64,000 nucleotides of DNA. Origin: Octopus bimaculoides (taxonomy: Eukaryota). The stretch lies in assembly GCF_001194135.2 (NCBI RefSeq), contig NC_068986.1, positions 1,168,088 to 1,232,087 of the forward strand. The letters run 5' to 3'. This document shows positions 22,651-34,812 of the stretch, in pieces (within the stretch, counting starts at the first letter, position 1; each line of letters opens with the position of its first letter). Under the pieces are notes generated by a model, which saw only the letters and a program-made list of their open reading frames with translations, was not told the DNA's origin and ran no database searches. The translations under genes and the position numbers were made by a program.

Positions 22651-25600
22651 GCAATGTATATCAGCGAAAGATGTGAACATCACTGAAAAAGCTGATAAAC
22701 TGGTGCATTCGATCAAAAGCATTTTGCAGCATTTGGATCATTCCAGTTCCAGAGACACTCTCATTGTCATAAATACAATGATCCAGTAATTAACCATTAG
22801 AAATCTGTAACCAACAATGCTGTTATTCACAAAATGCAATATCAAATATAAATCTACAAATAAGTGGTTACTCCCAAGTTAAGTAGTCGAAGGAGCATCC
22901 CTCTATAAAAAAAACAATCACTCCAACAGAACAACAGAACTAACGATAGAAAAATGAATATATTTATGGTTATATAATCCTATTATTGGTGATGGCTTGG
23001 TATTGACTCATCAATCAATATCGGAAAGTATGATAAATGAAGTTAATAGGTTGATTTTTCATTTTTTTTTTTTTACCATATGCACCCATCTGTATGCACA
23101 GGATTAGCTGTGTGGTCAAGAAGTTCGTTTCATACAGTCATGTGGCCTTGAGTTCAAAGCCTAAGTTTTCTGTCAGATATGAGATTGTAAAACGGTTAAC
23201 TTTACCCAACTGTCTTTACCATGCAGTCATGAAGAGCTTGTAAAATTTATAAATGATGTGTGGTTCCACATAAAAGCATCTGTGCGGTGCCATGTAAAAG
23301 CAACCAGCACACTTTGTAAATTGGTTGGTGTTAAGAGAGGCATCCAGCTGTAGAAACCATGCCAAATCAGACTGGAGTCTGGTGCAGTCCCCCCAGTCTG
23401 CCAGTTCTTGTCAAACTGTCCAACCCATGCCAGCAAGGACAACGGATGTTAAATGATGATGTTCTCTTTCTATTTTAGATTAAGTTATAAAAACAATTAT
23501 AAAAATGAATTTCTAATTTTGACATTGAGTGTTCAGTTGTTGGATGAACTGAACTACTAATTTAATTAATATGTAAGTGGCTGAGTATCTCTTAATGTAG
23601 CTTTGAAGTCAAATCAACATTATACAGTGTGATAAGGCTGTACCTTTCAATTAGAGGTACAATCTATTCGATAGGCTTCCTTACAATTTCCACCCACGCA
23701 GTTTGGCTCACATGGCTTGGACTTGTGAAAAGCAGACACTTGCCTAAGATGCCGTGCAGTGGAATCAAACTCAGAACTTTGTGATACTTCGCCATGTAGC
23801 CAGACTGCATCCATAAACACAAACATAAATTCACACGCAAACTCACAAATATCTATAATCATACATATTCTGAGGTACAAGTGTAGCTTTATGGTTAAGA
23901 AGCTTGTTTTGTAACCATGCGGTCTTGGGTTCAATCGTACTGTGTGGCACCTTGGGCAAGTGTCTTCTACTATAGCCCCAGACCAACCAAAGCCTTGGGA
24001 GAAGATTTATTAGTCAGAATCTGGAAGGGACCTGTTATTCATATATCTGGCACTCCGTCCATTAGAATGATGAGGCTTCTGGTTGAACTGATCAAGGGAA
24101 CTGCCTGTGAAATTAATGTGCAAGTGGCTGAGCATTCCACAGATATGTGTACCCTTAACGTAGTTCTCAGGGAGATTCAGTGTGACATAGTAGGCCTTTC
24201 GAAATAAAGGTACTGCTCATTTTTGCCAGCTGAGTGGACTGGATCAATGTGAAATAAAGTGTCTTACTCAAGGAGACATGTCACTGGGAATTGAACTCTG
24301 GACCTTACGATCATGAGCCAAATATCCTAACCACAAAGCCATATGCCTTCACTGTTCATATATATAAATAGTTGTAAGCAAACAAAACTGTCAAACAAGC
24401 AATGTCATTCATTTCCAGTCTTCTCTGAAAACCATGTCTGGCCATGTGGAAATATTATCTCCCTTTGAAACAAGTGAGGGTTAGCAACAGGGAGAGCTGT
24501 GGTGGTGGTGGTGGTGGTGGTGGTGACAGTGGTGATGACAGTGACAATGACAACAATGGTGGCAATGATGAGGACAAGGACAACAGTTCTTAGTGGCCAG
24601 TGGAGACTGTCAAACTAGGATGAGCAACAAAAGCCACTCAGGCTCCAAACATTGAAGTGTGACAAATTGTTACATTTGATAGAACGTGACAAGACAGGCG
24701 ATAATAATAGTAATAATCATAATAATAATAATAATAATAATTTCAAAGACAACAGCAGCAACAACAACAACACTCACTTTAAAATGGCCACACCTTAGAA
24801 AGAAGCCATTTGTGATTATAAATTCCATCTCTGCCAATTTTCAATTACACTTACTTTACAAATTTTTCAGTAACATCAAATAATTCTTCAAATCAATGTA
24901 GTTATTCTATATTCAAACCAATTCCTAGGTGCAGCATCAGCAATGTTGATGCAATGTTGTGTCTTAAGGAACTATTAAGAATGGCAATCTCCTTGTTGTT
25001 TATTTTGCCATACTTAATAATTAAGAAAAATGGTAAGAAGCATAACATATATCAGTTATTTTGTTATTTTTTATTTGCAACAATACTTTGGAACCAACTT
25101 GATTCAGTTGCATCATTGGTAATCCTTTTACTTATTATATAAGAAGACATTGCACAGTTCCGCATTCATACAGTTTGTTTATATATTATTGATTAATGTT
25201 TCATAACTTCTTTTGACATAGTTTTGTTGTTAACCAATATCTCTGCCTTCCGCACCATTCTCAGGGCAATATTCTTTGGACTATTTTGTTTCTCAGTTTT
25301 CATGATTCATCTCTCTCTACTGAATACTACAAAAATGTCAACTTAGTACACATTTAATTATTGTAGAGGACTGGAAATAATATTGAAAATGTAGGAAATC
25401 AAGTTAGATTGTTTTTGATATTTAGTTAGATGTACAGCTTCCCATGTCAAATCCTGTTGAGAATAACTTTTACCTTTCATTTCTTCTCAATTGATATAAT
25501 ACCTCTGTTCTACTGAGGAATTTTTAATAAACTAATATGTATATATATGTGTGTGTGTGTTTGTCCCTATATTTGCCCACAAACTACCATTGCTTGACAA

Positions 25601-25821
25601 CTGGTGTTGCTTTGTTTATGTTCCTGTAACTCAGCAGTTCAACAAAAGTGACCAATAGAATAAGTAGTAAACTTTAAAAATAAGCTACTGGGGTTGATCT
25701 GCTCAATTAGAATCCTTATAGGTGGTGCCTAGCATGGCCACAACACAGTGACTGAAACAAGTAAAAGAAGATACATGCATACACACACACATCAAATATA
25801 TATAAATATATATAATTATAT

Positions 25822-25862
25822 ATATATTTATATTTCTATATATAACATAATGATGATGATGA

Positions 25863-25902
<40 letters not shown>

Positions 25903-25930
25903 TTCTATATATAACATAATGATGATGATG

Positions 25931-25965
<35 letters not shown>
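25822..25965. repeat. Tandem duplication of a ~70-bp unit containing (ATG)n and (TA)n
   Basis: ATATATTTATATTTCTATATATAACATAATGATGATG... occurs twice in succession. Confidence 0.8.
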
Positions 25966-25974
<9 letters not shown>

Positions 25975-26197
25975 TATCATAAATGGCGGTGCTCCAGCAT
26001 GGCCACAGCTCATGAGCTAAAACTAGATAAAATGAAAAAAAAAAGATATATGTATATCTATAAATATGAAGGCCCGTGGCTTAGTGGTTAGGGTAATCGG
26101 CTCACCAGGATTTGAACTCAGAATGTAAAAAACTGAAACAAGTATTGCAAGGCTTTTTGCCTAATGCTTTAACAACTCAGCCAATTCAATACCTTAC

Positions 26198-26298
26198 TGC
26201 AGCTGCTGCTACTGCTGCAGTTATTGCTGCTGCTGTTATTGTTGCTGCTGTTGTTGTTGCTTCTGCTTCTACTGTTGCTGCTGTTGCTGCTGCTGATG
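26198..26298. repeat. (GCT/GTT)n trinucleotide repeat
   Basis: Seen directly; it explains the poly-Ala ORF 26112-26429. Confidence 0.9.
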
Positions 26299-26529
26299 AT
26301 GTTGAAGAACTAGATGGTCTTTTTCTTTCCCATCCTACGGTACTATGTTCGTTAGGGTCAGAACATCATCTTCAGGCTACAAACAGATACTTTGTCACCA
26401 GAGTTGACCCCCTTTTCTGTGACTTCTGATTGGTATGGCATTATTCATAACTCTGTTTTAATCTTACTTCACTGAACTTACAACATTAGATACAATCACC
26501 AGTCATTTGCTCGATAAATTCTTTCCCAG

Positions 26530-26571
26530 TCGCATTTGAAAGATATATCTTTCTTTATTTGGTCCGTGAAA
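26530..26571 (+). CDS. Candidate 42-nt mini-exon (SHLKDISFFIWSVK in phase 0)
   Basis: Acceptor TTCTTTCCCAG| and donor AAA|GTAAGC; open in phases 0 and 1. Confidence 0.3.
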
Positions 26572-26871
26572 GTAAGCAGACCATTAGAGTGTTAAAGTTT
26601 TATTTCCATATACTGAAGACAGTTCTTGTAACTGAAAAGCAATACATGACATTTTAGCTTTGAAACCAAAACTTTACCCTAACGCGTAACATCAAATGTT
26701 TTGTGTAAAGCAATTTGGCCTATACCACCTGTACCTATTTTTCAATTTTCACTGGTGTGAAATTTTCAGAGGAAATTGCCATTTTTATTTCCCATTGAAA
26801 TATTAAGCTGTTTATTATAAATTAAAAATACCTCATTTTTTTTTTTTGTTTATTCTGTCTATTTTCTCAAG

Positions 26872-26922
26872 AGAACATTAGAAAATGTTCTTTGTATTGA
26901 TTTCGATTCAATTCTTCGGCAG
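26872..26922 (+). CDS. Candidate 51-nt mini-exon (RTLENVLCIDFDSILRQ), phase 0 to 0
   Basis: Long poly-T/pyrimidine acceptor ...TATTTTCTCAAG| and donor CAG|GTATTT; only phase 0 is open. Confidence 0.45.
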
Positions 26923-26991
26923 GTATTTCAGTTTTGACAGTAATTGTTATAATCTTCACATAGAACAGTTAACCATTATTTCTTGGTCAGC

Positions 26992-27025
<34 letters not shown>

Positions 27026-27788
27026 ATAAAGTAAGTGTTATGCTATGACTGTGACATTGTATATCACAATTGGCTGTTATTGTTACCGAAGCAATCTTTA
27101 TGTTATATTTGATTCTAAAATTCACTGGAATCTGTTTAATGTGGGAACATAGAGTTACCAGAGAAAATATTGAAAAATATTTCATTGGAATAAACTTGGG
27201 ATTTAGTTTCAGTTTCAGATACATCTAAAAGGCAATATGTTCCACTCAAAAATAGAAGAAAAAAAGGAAAGAAACATTTATTTACTTTCTGTAATAATAT
27301 AAAGGAAGTAATGTTTCTTAATATAGATACGTAGCTTCAGGGTAACAAAGTGAAGTACACTGACATTACAACATGCAACAGGACTCGAACCGAAAATAGA
27401 AAAGAAAATGAATACGAGAATATTTATTAAACTAAATTATATTGAATCAAGCTTGTCTAACACATTTTATGTGTCCATTAAGTTAAAACGTTCACCCTTA
27501 CCTTTGTCCTTCCCTAGAAGAATGCATAAGAAGTATCAGTTGTCATAATCAATCTGTTCAACTACTGCTTCAGTACAGTTTTTCAGCTTTGCTGCATTGT
27601 TGAGTGTCAAGATAAGTCAATGAGATTTGTTTTTAACATTTCACTGCTATTTTGAATTGCAGTACAAGCTGTAACCGTAAAAGGTTTTCTTTCGCATCCA
27701 TTACAGTCTCTTTGCTTTTACATTAAAATAATGACTTTTAACTTCTTTTTTTCTCTTTCTCTTTCTATTCTTGAACATTATAACTTTG

Positions 27789-27846
27789 GACCAGTGTATA
27801 TAATTGACCAGTGTATATAATTGACCAGTGTATATAATTGACCAGT
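27789..27846. repeat. 17-bp tandem repeat GACCAGTGTATATAATT x3.4
   Basis: Three perfect units plus a partial unit, with no spacers. Confidence 0.95.
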
Positions 27847-29343
27847 TTCTATAAGACCAATGTGTCAGAAGTTTATGATAAAGTGTAAACGCTTAATATT
27901 GGTTTCAAATTTTGGCACTAGGCCAGCAATTTCATTGACCTCAATACTCAACTGGTACTTATTTTATCGACCCTGAAAGGACTCCACAGACATGTTTACT
28001 CAGCCTCAGTGGAATTTAAACTCCAAATGTAAAAGCAGATGAAATGTTGCATTTTGTCCGGTGTGGTAATGATTCTGTTAGCTTGCCACCTTAATAAATT
28101 GCAGAAGCTAAATTTAAGGATTTTCTGAGAGAAGTTGAATATTTTCAATCTTGTTCAAATAAACTAATCAATTGTAGGGGGCAGTTAAAATGAAATGATT
28201 ATCAAAATTAATCTCACACTTTTTCCAATATTGATTTCTTACAAAATAAATCTTTTAGGCTAGAGAGAAGAGAGGAGGAGAGGAAAATAAGGGCATAAGA
28301 TGCCAAAACCATTCCCAAGGGTATTAAAAACACAAATAAAGTGAAATAGCTACAAATGAGACACTAAATTAAATCATGATATGTTTTGCTGGGTGATGAC
28401 TTTTACTCTATGGCATGCTCAATACAATTTAATCTGGAATGCAAAAACTAATAGGGAAGACATGTGGTTGATTGACCTACTAGAGATAGCAGCCAAATCT
28501 CCTTGGAATCATAACCTGTTACTTTAAAAAGGTAAAACATTTGATATTGTACTCCGAGGTGAACTGTGTCTGTAAAAAAAAGATGGATTAGTTATGGCGA
28601 CAGAAGACTTTAATCCTAGGTTTGCTTGACCTGGGTTGAATGGAACATTGTTTCTCATATGGAGCGAAGGTGAGAGGAAATAGGGTCAATGTACACTACA
28701 ACAGCTTTATATCATCAATAAAAGAAAGAAAGGAAGATGTGGGGAAAACCCCTTCACATGGTACAAGTCATTTGCATGAATTAAAAAAAAAGATGCATCG
28801 CTCATCAAAGAAAAGCTGTAATTGAAAACAAATTAGTAGGAATAATCTTGAGAATCCTTTTATTACACCGGTTCAATGAATCCACCGTTAGCATCAATGG
28901 CTGTTTTGGGGTTGGAAGCATTGACATGATAAAATTGGATGATCTTTATCAATTTTGGACATAATGCTGGTTATGATAGAAATTGAGAAATTGTATGATG
29001 ATATGGAGGTATTGATTGACTGTCTCTTGATTACATTCTACACATGACAGCCCAGTTGACTGAGGTCTGGTAAGCTAAAAGGCCATGAGTTTGAGGGAAC
29101 ATGATCATGTTAAAACTGTCCACCAAAATTTCAAGTTAATCTATGTTCCAAATACCAATTTAATAGTGACAAGGTTATTTTTGTAAATTTTTCATTATTT
29201 TCCAAAAATTAATTGAAACACAGGTAGCATATTTCAACAGAAATATAGTAATGAAAAGGTTGAACAGGTGAAATAGTCAGAAATAGAAGCATAAATCTGA
29301 CATTTAAGACAAAGTTTAGTGACTGAGCTTAGGCTGGATTTAT

Positions 29344-29399
29344 GGTTAGGAAGCCTAATAGGAAGCCTAATAGGAAGCCTAATGGTTAGGAAGCCTAAT
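29344..29399. repeat. 12-bp tandem repeat AGGAAGCCTAAT x4 with GGTT inserts
   Basis: Seen directly. Confidence 0.9.
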
Positions 29400-31065
29400 A
29401 GTGGAGGGAACAATGTTTAGACATTGTTAGACTTGCCACACTCAAAAGTTATGAGAATTTGAAACTGGAGCTAGAAAAAGTAGCGAGAAGTGACAAAACG
29501 TAGTGAAATACCTACAAATTTCCTAGCAGAGCTGGTTTTAGTCTAAGTTCATTTGGGATTTAGTGTCACATGACATCAACAGTAAACAATAAGATATAGT
29601 CCTTAAGGGTTTTTATTAATATTCTTTTTTTGTGATAGGAAAACAAAACAATATATTATAAATATAACTCAAAGCTAGAGCATAAATAACAGAATCAGAC
29701 AAGTTAAGACCATAAATAGCTGAGTCAACTGTATGATAGTATGAACCATAGATGCCTCCGTGGCATGCAGAATGATCTATGAGTAGGTTAAAATGCATCT
29801 CAGGACTGTGATAAGTGTTGATAAATGTTCTAAAATTTTTGGGAGTTTGTCTTTGGAGAAATTGTTTGTGAAAATGTGAGAGGATGAAAATGTTGTGAGT
29901 AAAATTGAGACTCACAACAAAGTCATGAGACTTGGCATGTCTGCATTGTGAACCCAGATCTATCACTGTCATAGAACTACTATCTGTACAATAGGAGCAA
30001 TTATAATTACTTGAACAATAATTTTGAACCAATTGGTATGAAAATATAAAAAAAAACAACAACCTTAAATGAATAACAAGTGAACAAAATGGTGTGAGCC
30101 ATAAGTGAAATAAAAAAAAAAGTATTATATGACTTTTCATGAATACATTATTATTCAAGAGAAGAGAACTTACACTTGTATTTGGCAAATGCGGAATTAC
30201 AAATATAAGATAGTTTATGCCAAAGTCTATTAATGGTTTCCTTTGGCTGTTATTGCCTGTAGATAAAAAAAAAGTGTTGGCAATGTCCCCAAATTATTGT
30301 TGGTGAATAATTTGACCTAAAGTGTGATGTTATGTATTTCAACTAACAAATATGTTATAATTATTTGTGAATTCCTTTGGGCTGGAAATTTAGAATATAT
30401 TTTTATCTTCCTTTTCAGTATATTAATTTCTTTATTCTAAAAATAATATCTTGGTGGGTGACTTCATACATACCAGCTCCCAGTCCCACCATGCCAGCTC
30501 CGAACCAGTGATTTCATTTTGCAACAGCCCTCCTCCTCCTTCTCCTCCTCCTCCTCCTCCTTCTCCTCCTCCTCCTCCTCCTTCTCNNNNNNNNNNNNNN
30601 NNNNNNNNNNNNNNNNNNNNNNNNNNNNNNNNNNNNNNNNNNNNNNNNNNNNNNNNNNNNNNNNNNNNNNNNNNNNNNNNNNNACATGACAGGCTTCTTT
30701 CAGTTTCCATCTACAAAATCCACTTACAAGGCATTGGTCAGCCCAAACCTATAGTAGAAGACACTTACTCAAGGTGCCTGGAAACATGTGGTTGGGAAGC
30801 AAACTTCTTATAATACTGCCATACCTGATTAAAAACATACACATCTAGAATCACTAAATTTACATCCTGGTTGGGTGGAATTTGCCCCTGAGAGTAAATT
30901 TAGTAAATTTACTGTAGTTTGGGAAATTTTGGTTTCTAGGAATATTCAGCTATGGAAAAACACACAGACTTGCTCAGTCCAGTGGTCAAGCTTTCTGACT
31001 ATCTTTTAATACAAAGGCCTTGTATTTTGGACAGTCCATTTTAAGACACACGACCACCAGAAATA

Positions 31066-31205
31066 TTTACATCATTTACATTTGACGGATATTTGTCCTC
31101 ATCTTGTTTGTTGTTAACACGTTTCAGCTGATATACCCTCCAGCCTTCATCAGGTTTCTTGGGGAAATTTCGAACCTGGGTTCTCATTCCTAAGGTATTT
31201 TACGA

Positions 31206-31243
<38 letters not shown>

Positions 31244-31380
31244 TCACTGCCTGGAATTGAACTCAGAATCTTGGCATTAGTAGCCCGCGCTCTTAACCAT
31301 TACACCATATGCCCGTGTGCATAGTGGTTAAGAGCATGGGCTACTAACCCCAAGATTCCAAGTTTGATTCCAGGCAGTGA

Positions 31381-31425
<45 letters not shown>

Positions 31426-31582
31426 TATCAACATCGAAAAATACCTTAGGAATGAGAACCCAGGTTTGAAATTTCCCCAAGACACCTGATGAAGGCTGGA
31501 GGGTATATCAGCTGAAACGTTGTGTTAACAACAAACAAGATGAGGACAAATATCCGTCAAATGTTCAAATGTAAATAATGTA
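31066..31582. mobile_element. Head-to-head palindrome of a tRNA-head / (AAT)n / hammerhead-tail non-autonomous retroelement
   Basis: 31066-31310 is the near-exact reverse complement of 31319-31582. A-box TGGTGTAATGG (31307-31297, minus) and B-boxes at 31263-31253 (minus) and 31361-31371 (plus). (AAT)n tracts at 31208-31239 and 31385-31420. Confidence 0.9.
31481..31526 (+). ncRNA. Minimal type-I hammerhead ribozyme motif (Penelope type)
   Basis: GACAC-CTGATGA-A-GGCTG-[GAGGGTATAT]-CAGCT-GAA-ACGT-T-GTGTT. Helix I is GACAC/GTGTT, helix II is GGCTG/CAGCT, the core CUGAUGA...GAA is conserved, helix III is the palindrome ACGU, and the predicted cleavage triplet is GUU (cut after 31521). Confidence 0.65.
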
Positions 31583-32471
31583 CATAATTCCTCATCTCTT
31601 AAATAAAGAACTGTACCAGAGATATTAATTAACACTGACAACTATGTTAATCTAGAGATGGAGCCTTCTCCAAACCAACATATTTGACAACTAATTCTTG
31701 TCTGTATATTTGAAGTAAGTGGCATCTGAGCTGCTCATAAGGTTTTGATCTGCCTCTGCTACGCGATGAGTTGACTGAAGCATAGCTACTCTACAACGGT
31801 AACAACTATAATGACAGCAAGAAGATCAAAAATAATAGATGTAAATATACAGTGTTGCAGAAATGTTTAACCAATTCCTAGAAATAGAAAAGTAAATTAA
31901 AAAAGATCTATTGAAGAGAGTTTTTTTTCTTATAAATTCTCCGACTGAATTTATTCTGTTTCATTTATAAAAATCTAACTATTTTGACAAGAATTTATTT
32001 CGTTGTTTTTTTTTTTTTAACATTATTCGCATTGTTATTCAATTGCTTCTATTCCTGGAAACATACTAAATTTTGTAAAAAGAAAAAGAAAAAGAAATTG
32101 CAGAAATTTCAGTTAAAATTACAGTTATTACCACAACATTGAAGTTGCATTAGTCTTTGTTTATTTGTTGCTCTTGTTATTGTTCATTCATTCATTCATT
32201 CATTCATTCATTTTATGTCTGTTTTTCCATCCTAGCATGGGTTAGATGAATATTTTATAGAATTCATGAATGGAAATCAGTAAAATGTTCTTAGTCTATG
32301 TTGTAAAGTGGTTGGTGACATAAAGGACATCCAGTTGTAAAAACAATTTCAAAACAAAGAAATGACAGAAATGTCTACCCTTAAAACCACAATAAACACA
32401 ACTTGGTCAGAAGAGCAAAGACTTCGTTTGTTTTTGTTTGTTTTCTCTTGTTATTTTCGGTTCTTTTACAG

Positions 32472-32523
32472 CTAATATACATTGAATGGCTACTTATTTG
32501 GAGTAATATCTTTATGGCTACAA
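32472..32523 (+). CDS. Candidate 52-nt mini-exon (LIYIEWLLIWSNIFMAT), phase 0 to 1
   Basis: Strong acceptor ...TTCGGTTCTTTTACAG| and donor CAA|GTAAGG; only phase 0 is open. Confidence 0.45.
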
Positions 32524-32729
32524 GTAAGGTTTTTTTAAAATTTTTTTATTCCACTTCTTCAAGATGACAGAGCTATGGAATGTAATGTTAACTGGGAGTG
32601 CAAACACAACACTATTTTCTCACTGATAAAAAATCTCAAAGGTGGGAGGTGGGAGGTATGTATCATACATACATAGATACATACATGCATACGTACGTAC
32701 ATACGTACATATGTACGTATGTACATACA

Positions 32730-33970
32730 TAAGAAGAATACCTCCAGAGAGTAAAGAAAATATGGGCATCAGAGCTCATAGCTTACAATAAGCATGTTGC
32801 CCACAATACCTTTGCAGTGCTTGTCCTCACACATTTAACCTTCTGAACTGGTCACAGTAAGAACTCAGTGAGATAGATGTTCGAACTTGCAGGAAACTTC
32901 AATATCAGTGAAGATGTAGACAGATTAAACTTCCCAAGCGAAGATGGTGACCATGGTCTCGAATCTCTATTGATGTTATACGAAACACATATTGAGACAT
33001 TGAAGCAACATCTGCAGCAGAGGAAAGAGAAGAGTAACTATTTTGCTCAAGTTTGAGACCATGAAATCAATGATATAATTAGGATAGCTAATGAACTTGG
33101 GAAGTATGAAATAAGAGCTGAAACAGATCTTTCCCCAAAGAGCATCATTAAAATCTCTTTATCAGACGGACAGAATAAAAGAAAATGGACCTGTTCATTA
33201 AGAAGATAATATATAGGTACTTGGCATGTAAAACACAAATCATAGAAGGGATTGATCATGTCCAAAGCTTTGCATGGAGTACTGACAAGTTTATGTCATC
33301 TCACTTTGAAGTCTACCTCCATTCAATTCAACAACAATAGATCCCCACCAAATACCTACAGTATAAGAAGCAGAAAACATTGTCAGACAACAAATGTAGG
33401 CTGTACAAGATCAAGACTGAAGACATCAACCATATAATTGCCAACTGTGAGAGAATGTCTTCCAGATATTATCTTCCCATGAGACACAATGGCACAGTGG
33501 CCAGGACAGTCTGGAATAGGATGACAAAAAAAAAGCACCTACAGATGAATTTGACCATATTGAGACTGATGGGTCAAAAGAATATTGGTGGAACTTAAAA
33601 ATTAAAACATCCAACCAAGCTAAAACACAACCAGCTATATATTGTTGTCTGGGTCCACAAGGAAAAGATATGTTCTGTTGTAGAAATCAGCTGCCCTCAG
33701 GACACCTATGAGGTTAGAAAAATACAAGAGAAAGAGAACATCTATAGACCATTGATAAGGAGTTTGCAAATCCAGTACTCAATATACACTTTCAGCTTCG
33801 TACTTATAATTATTGGAACAACAGGAGACATACCAATCCTTCTGGAGCAAAGTATGGCTGAATTTGGGATGATGGGGAAAGAATGCAAATTCTTAATTCA
33901 TATGCTACAAATGATTACAATATTTGAGGCTATATATGTCTGCAAAACCTTTCTAAGATTGAAAGGATGA
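32730..33970 (+). mobile_element. 5'-truncated R4-clade (restriction-like endonuclease) non-LTR retrotransposon, degenerate
   Basis: EYLQRVKKIWASEL..NKHVAHNTFAV; DVDRLNFPSEDG..GL; CCHC knuckle CRLYKIKTEDINHIIANCERMSSRYYLPMRHN; RLE region (PAIVV...K.ICSVVEISCPQD); EKENIYRPLIRSLQ..YTFSFVLIIIGTTG; C-terminal CKTFLR*. Confidence 0.8.
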
Positions 33971-34118
33971 TGGTTAAAACAAGATGCTTTTCTTCACAGC
34001 GTTGCTACCAAGTAGGTGGCCAGTCAGATTTATTCTAAATTAAAAAGAGAAACAGAACATGCATATACACACATGTACACACACACACACGTACACACAC
34101 ACATACACACACACACAT

Positions 34119-34152
<34 letters not shown>

Positions 34153-34379
34153 CATTCATACATACATGGAAACATTTTATTTCCTCTGTAGCAACGAGGT
34201 GTATGATGCACAATGACAGTGGAGAATGCACTTCTGAGTGCACGCATGCATGGCATATTCATGCTTACCAGTTTTCTTACATTAAAATCAGTTCCATAAC
34301 ATGGTACTTGTGTTGCACAAACATGAAATTCAATTGTCACAGAGAAAGATGAAAGGAAATCTAACTGAAGCTGAGAGGA

Positions 34380-34429
34380 GGCGGGTGAAAGAAAGAAAGA
34401 AATGCGTGGGAGAGAGAGAGGGAGAGGGA

Positions 34430-34466
<37 letters not shown>

Positions 34467-34775
34467 TGGGTGGGAATGGCATAAAAGAGGCAGTCAGTTG
34501 AATGAAATGAGAAGAAAACTAGAAAGGGAGAAAGTATTAGTGAGAAATATAGAAATATTTATGGGAATAGACAAAGTAAGTGGGAGGATATCAGATGACA
34601 GGGAAACAGAGAGAGAGATTTAGAGAAAGATAATGCTGGAGAGAGATATGAATGCATTTAAAGAACAGAAGTGAGGAAATGGAGTGGAGGTATGAGTGAA
34701 AGAGTGATAAGGAGTAATGACAAAAGATAGAGGGAAGAGAGAAATAGAATATGAGCAAAGAGGGAGGTAGAGAGA

Positions 34776-34812
<37 letters not shown>

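Noticed and set aside
24929-25346. Hydrophobic spliced frame resembling an EamA/SLC35 transporter
   Set aside because: T-rich DNA yields hydrophobic translations by default, there is no good downstream donor, and no diagnostic motif is present.
26112-26429. Poly-Ala ORF
   Set aside because: It begins inside a SINE junction and consists mainly of a (GCT)n microsatellite.
27789-29399. Short tandem repeats as possible CRISPR arrays
   Set aside because: Contiguous units with no unique spacers, no cas genes, and a eukaryotic context.
31240-31385. tRNA genes (also the heads at 57624, 10889 and 61682)
   Set aside because: A/B boxes are present but there is no complete cloverleaf or acceptor stem, and they continue into multi-copy SINE bodies.
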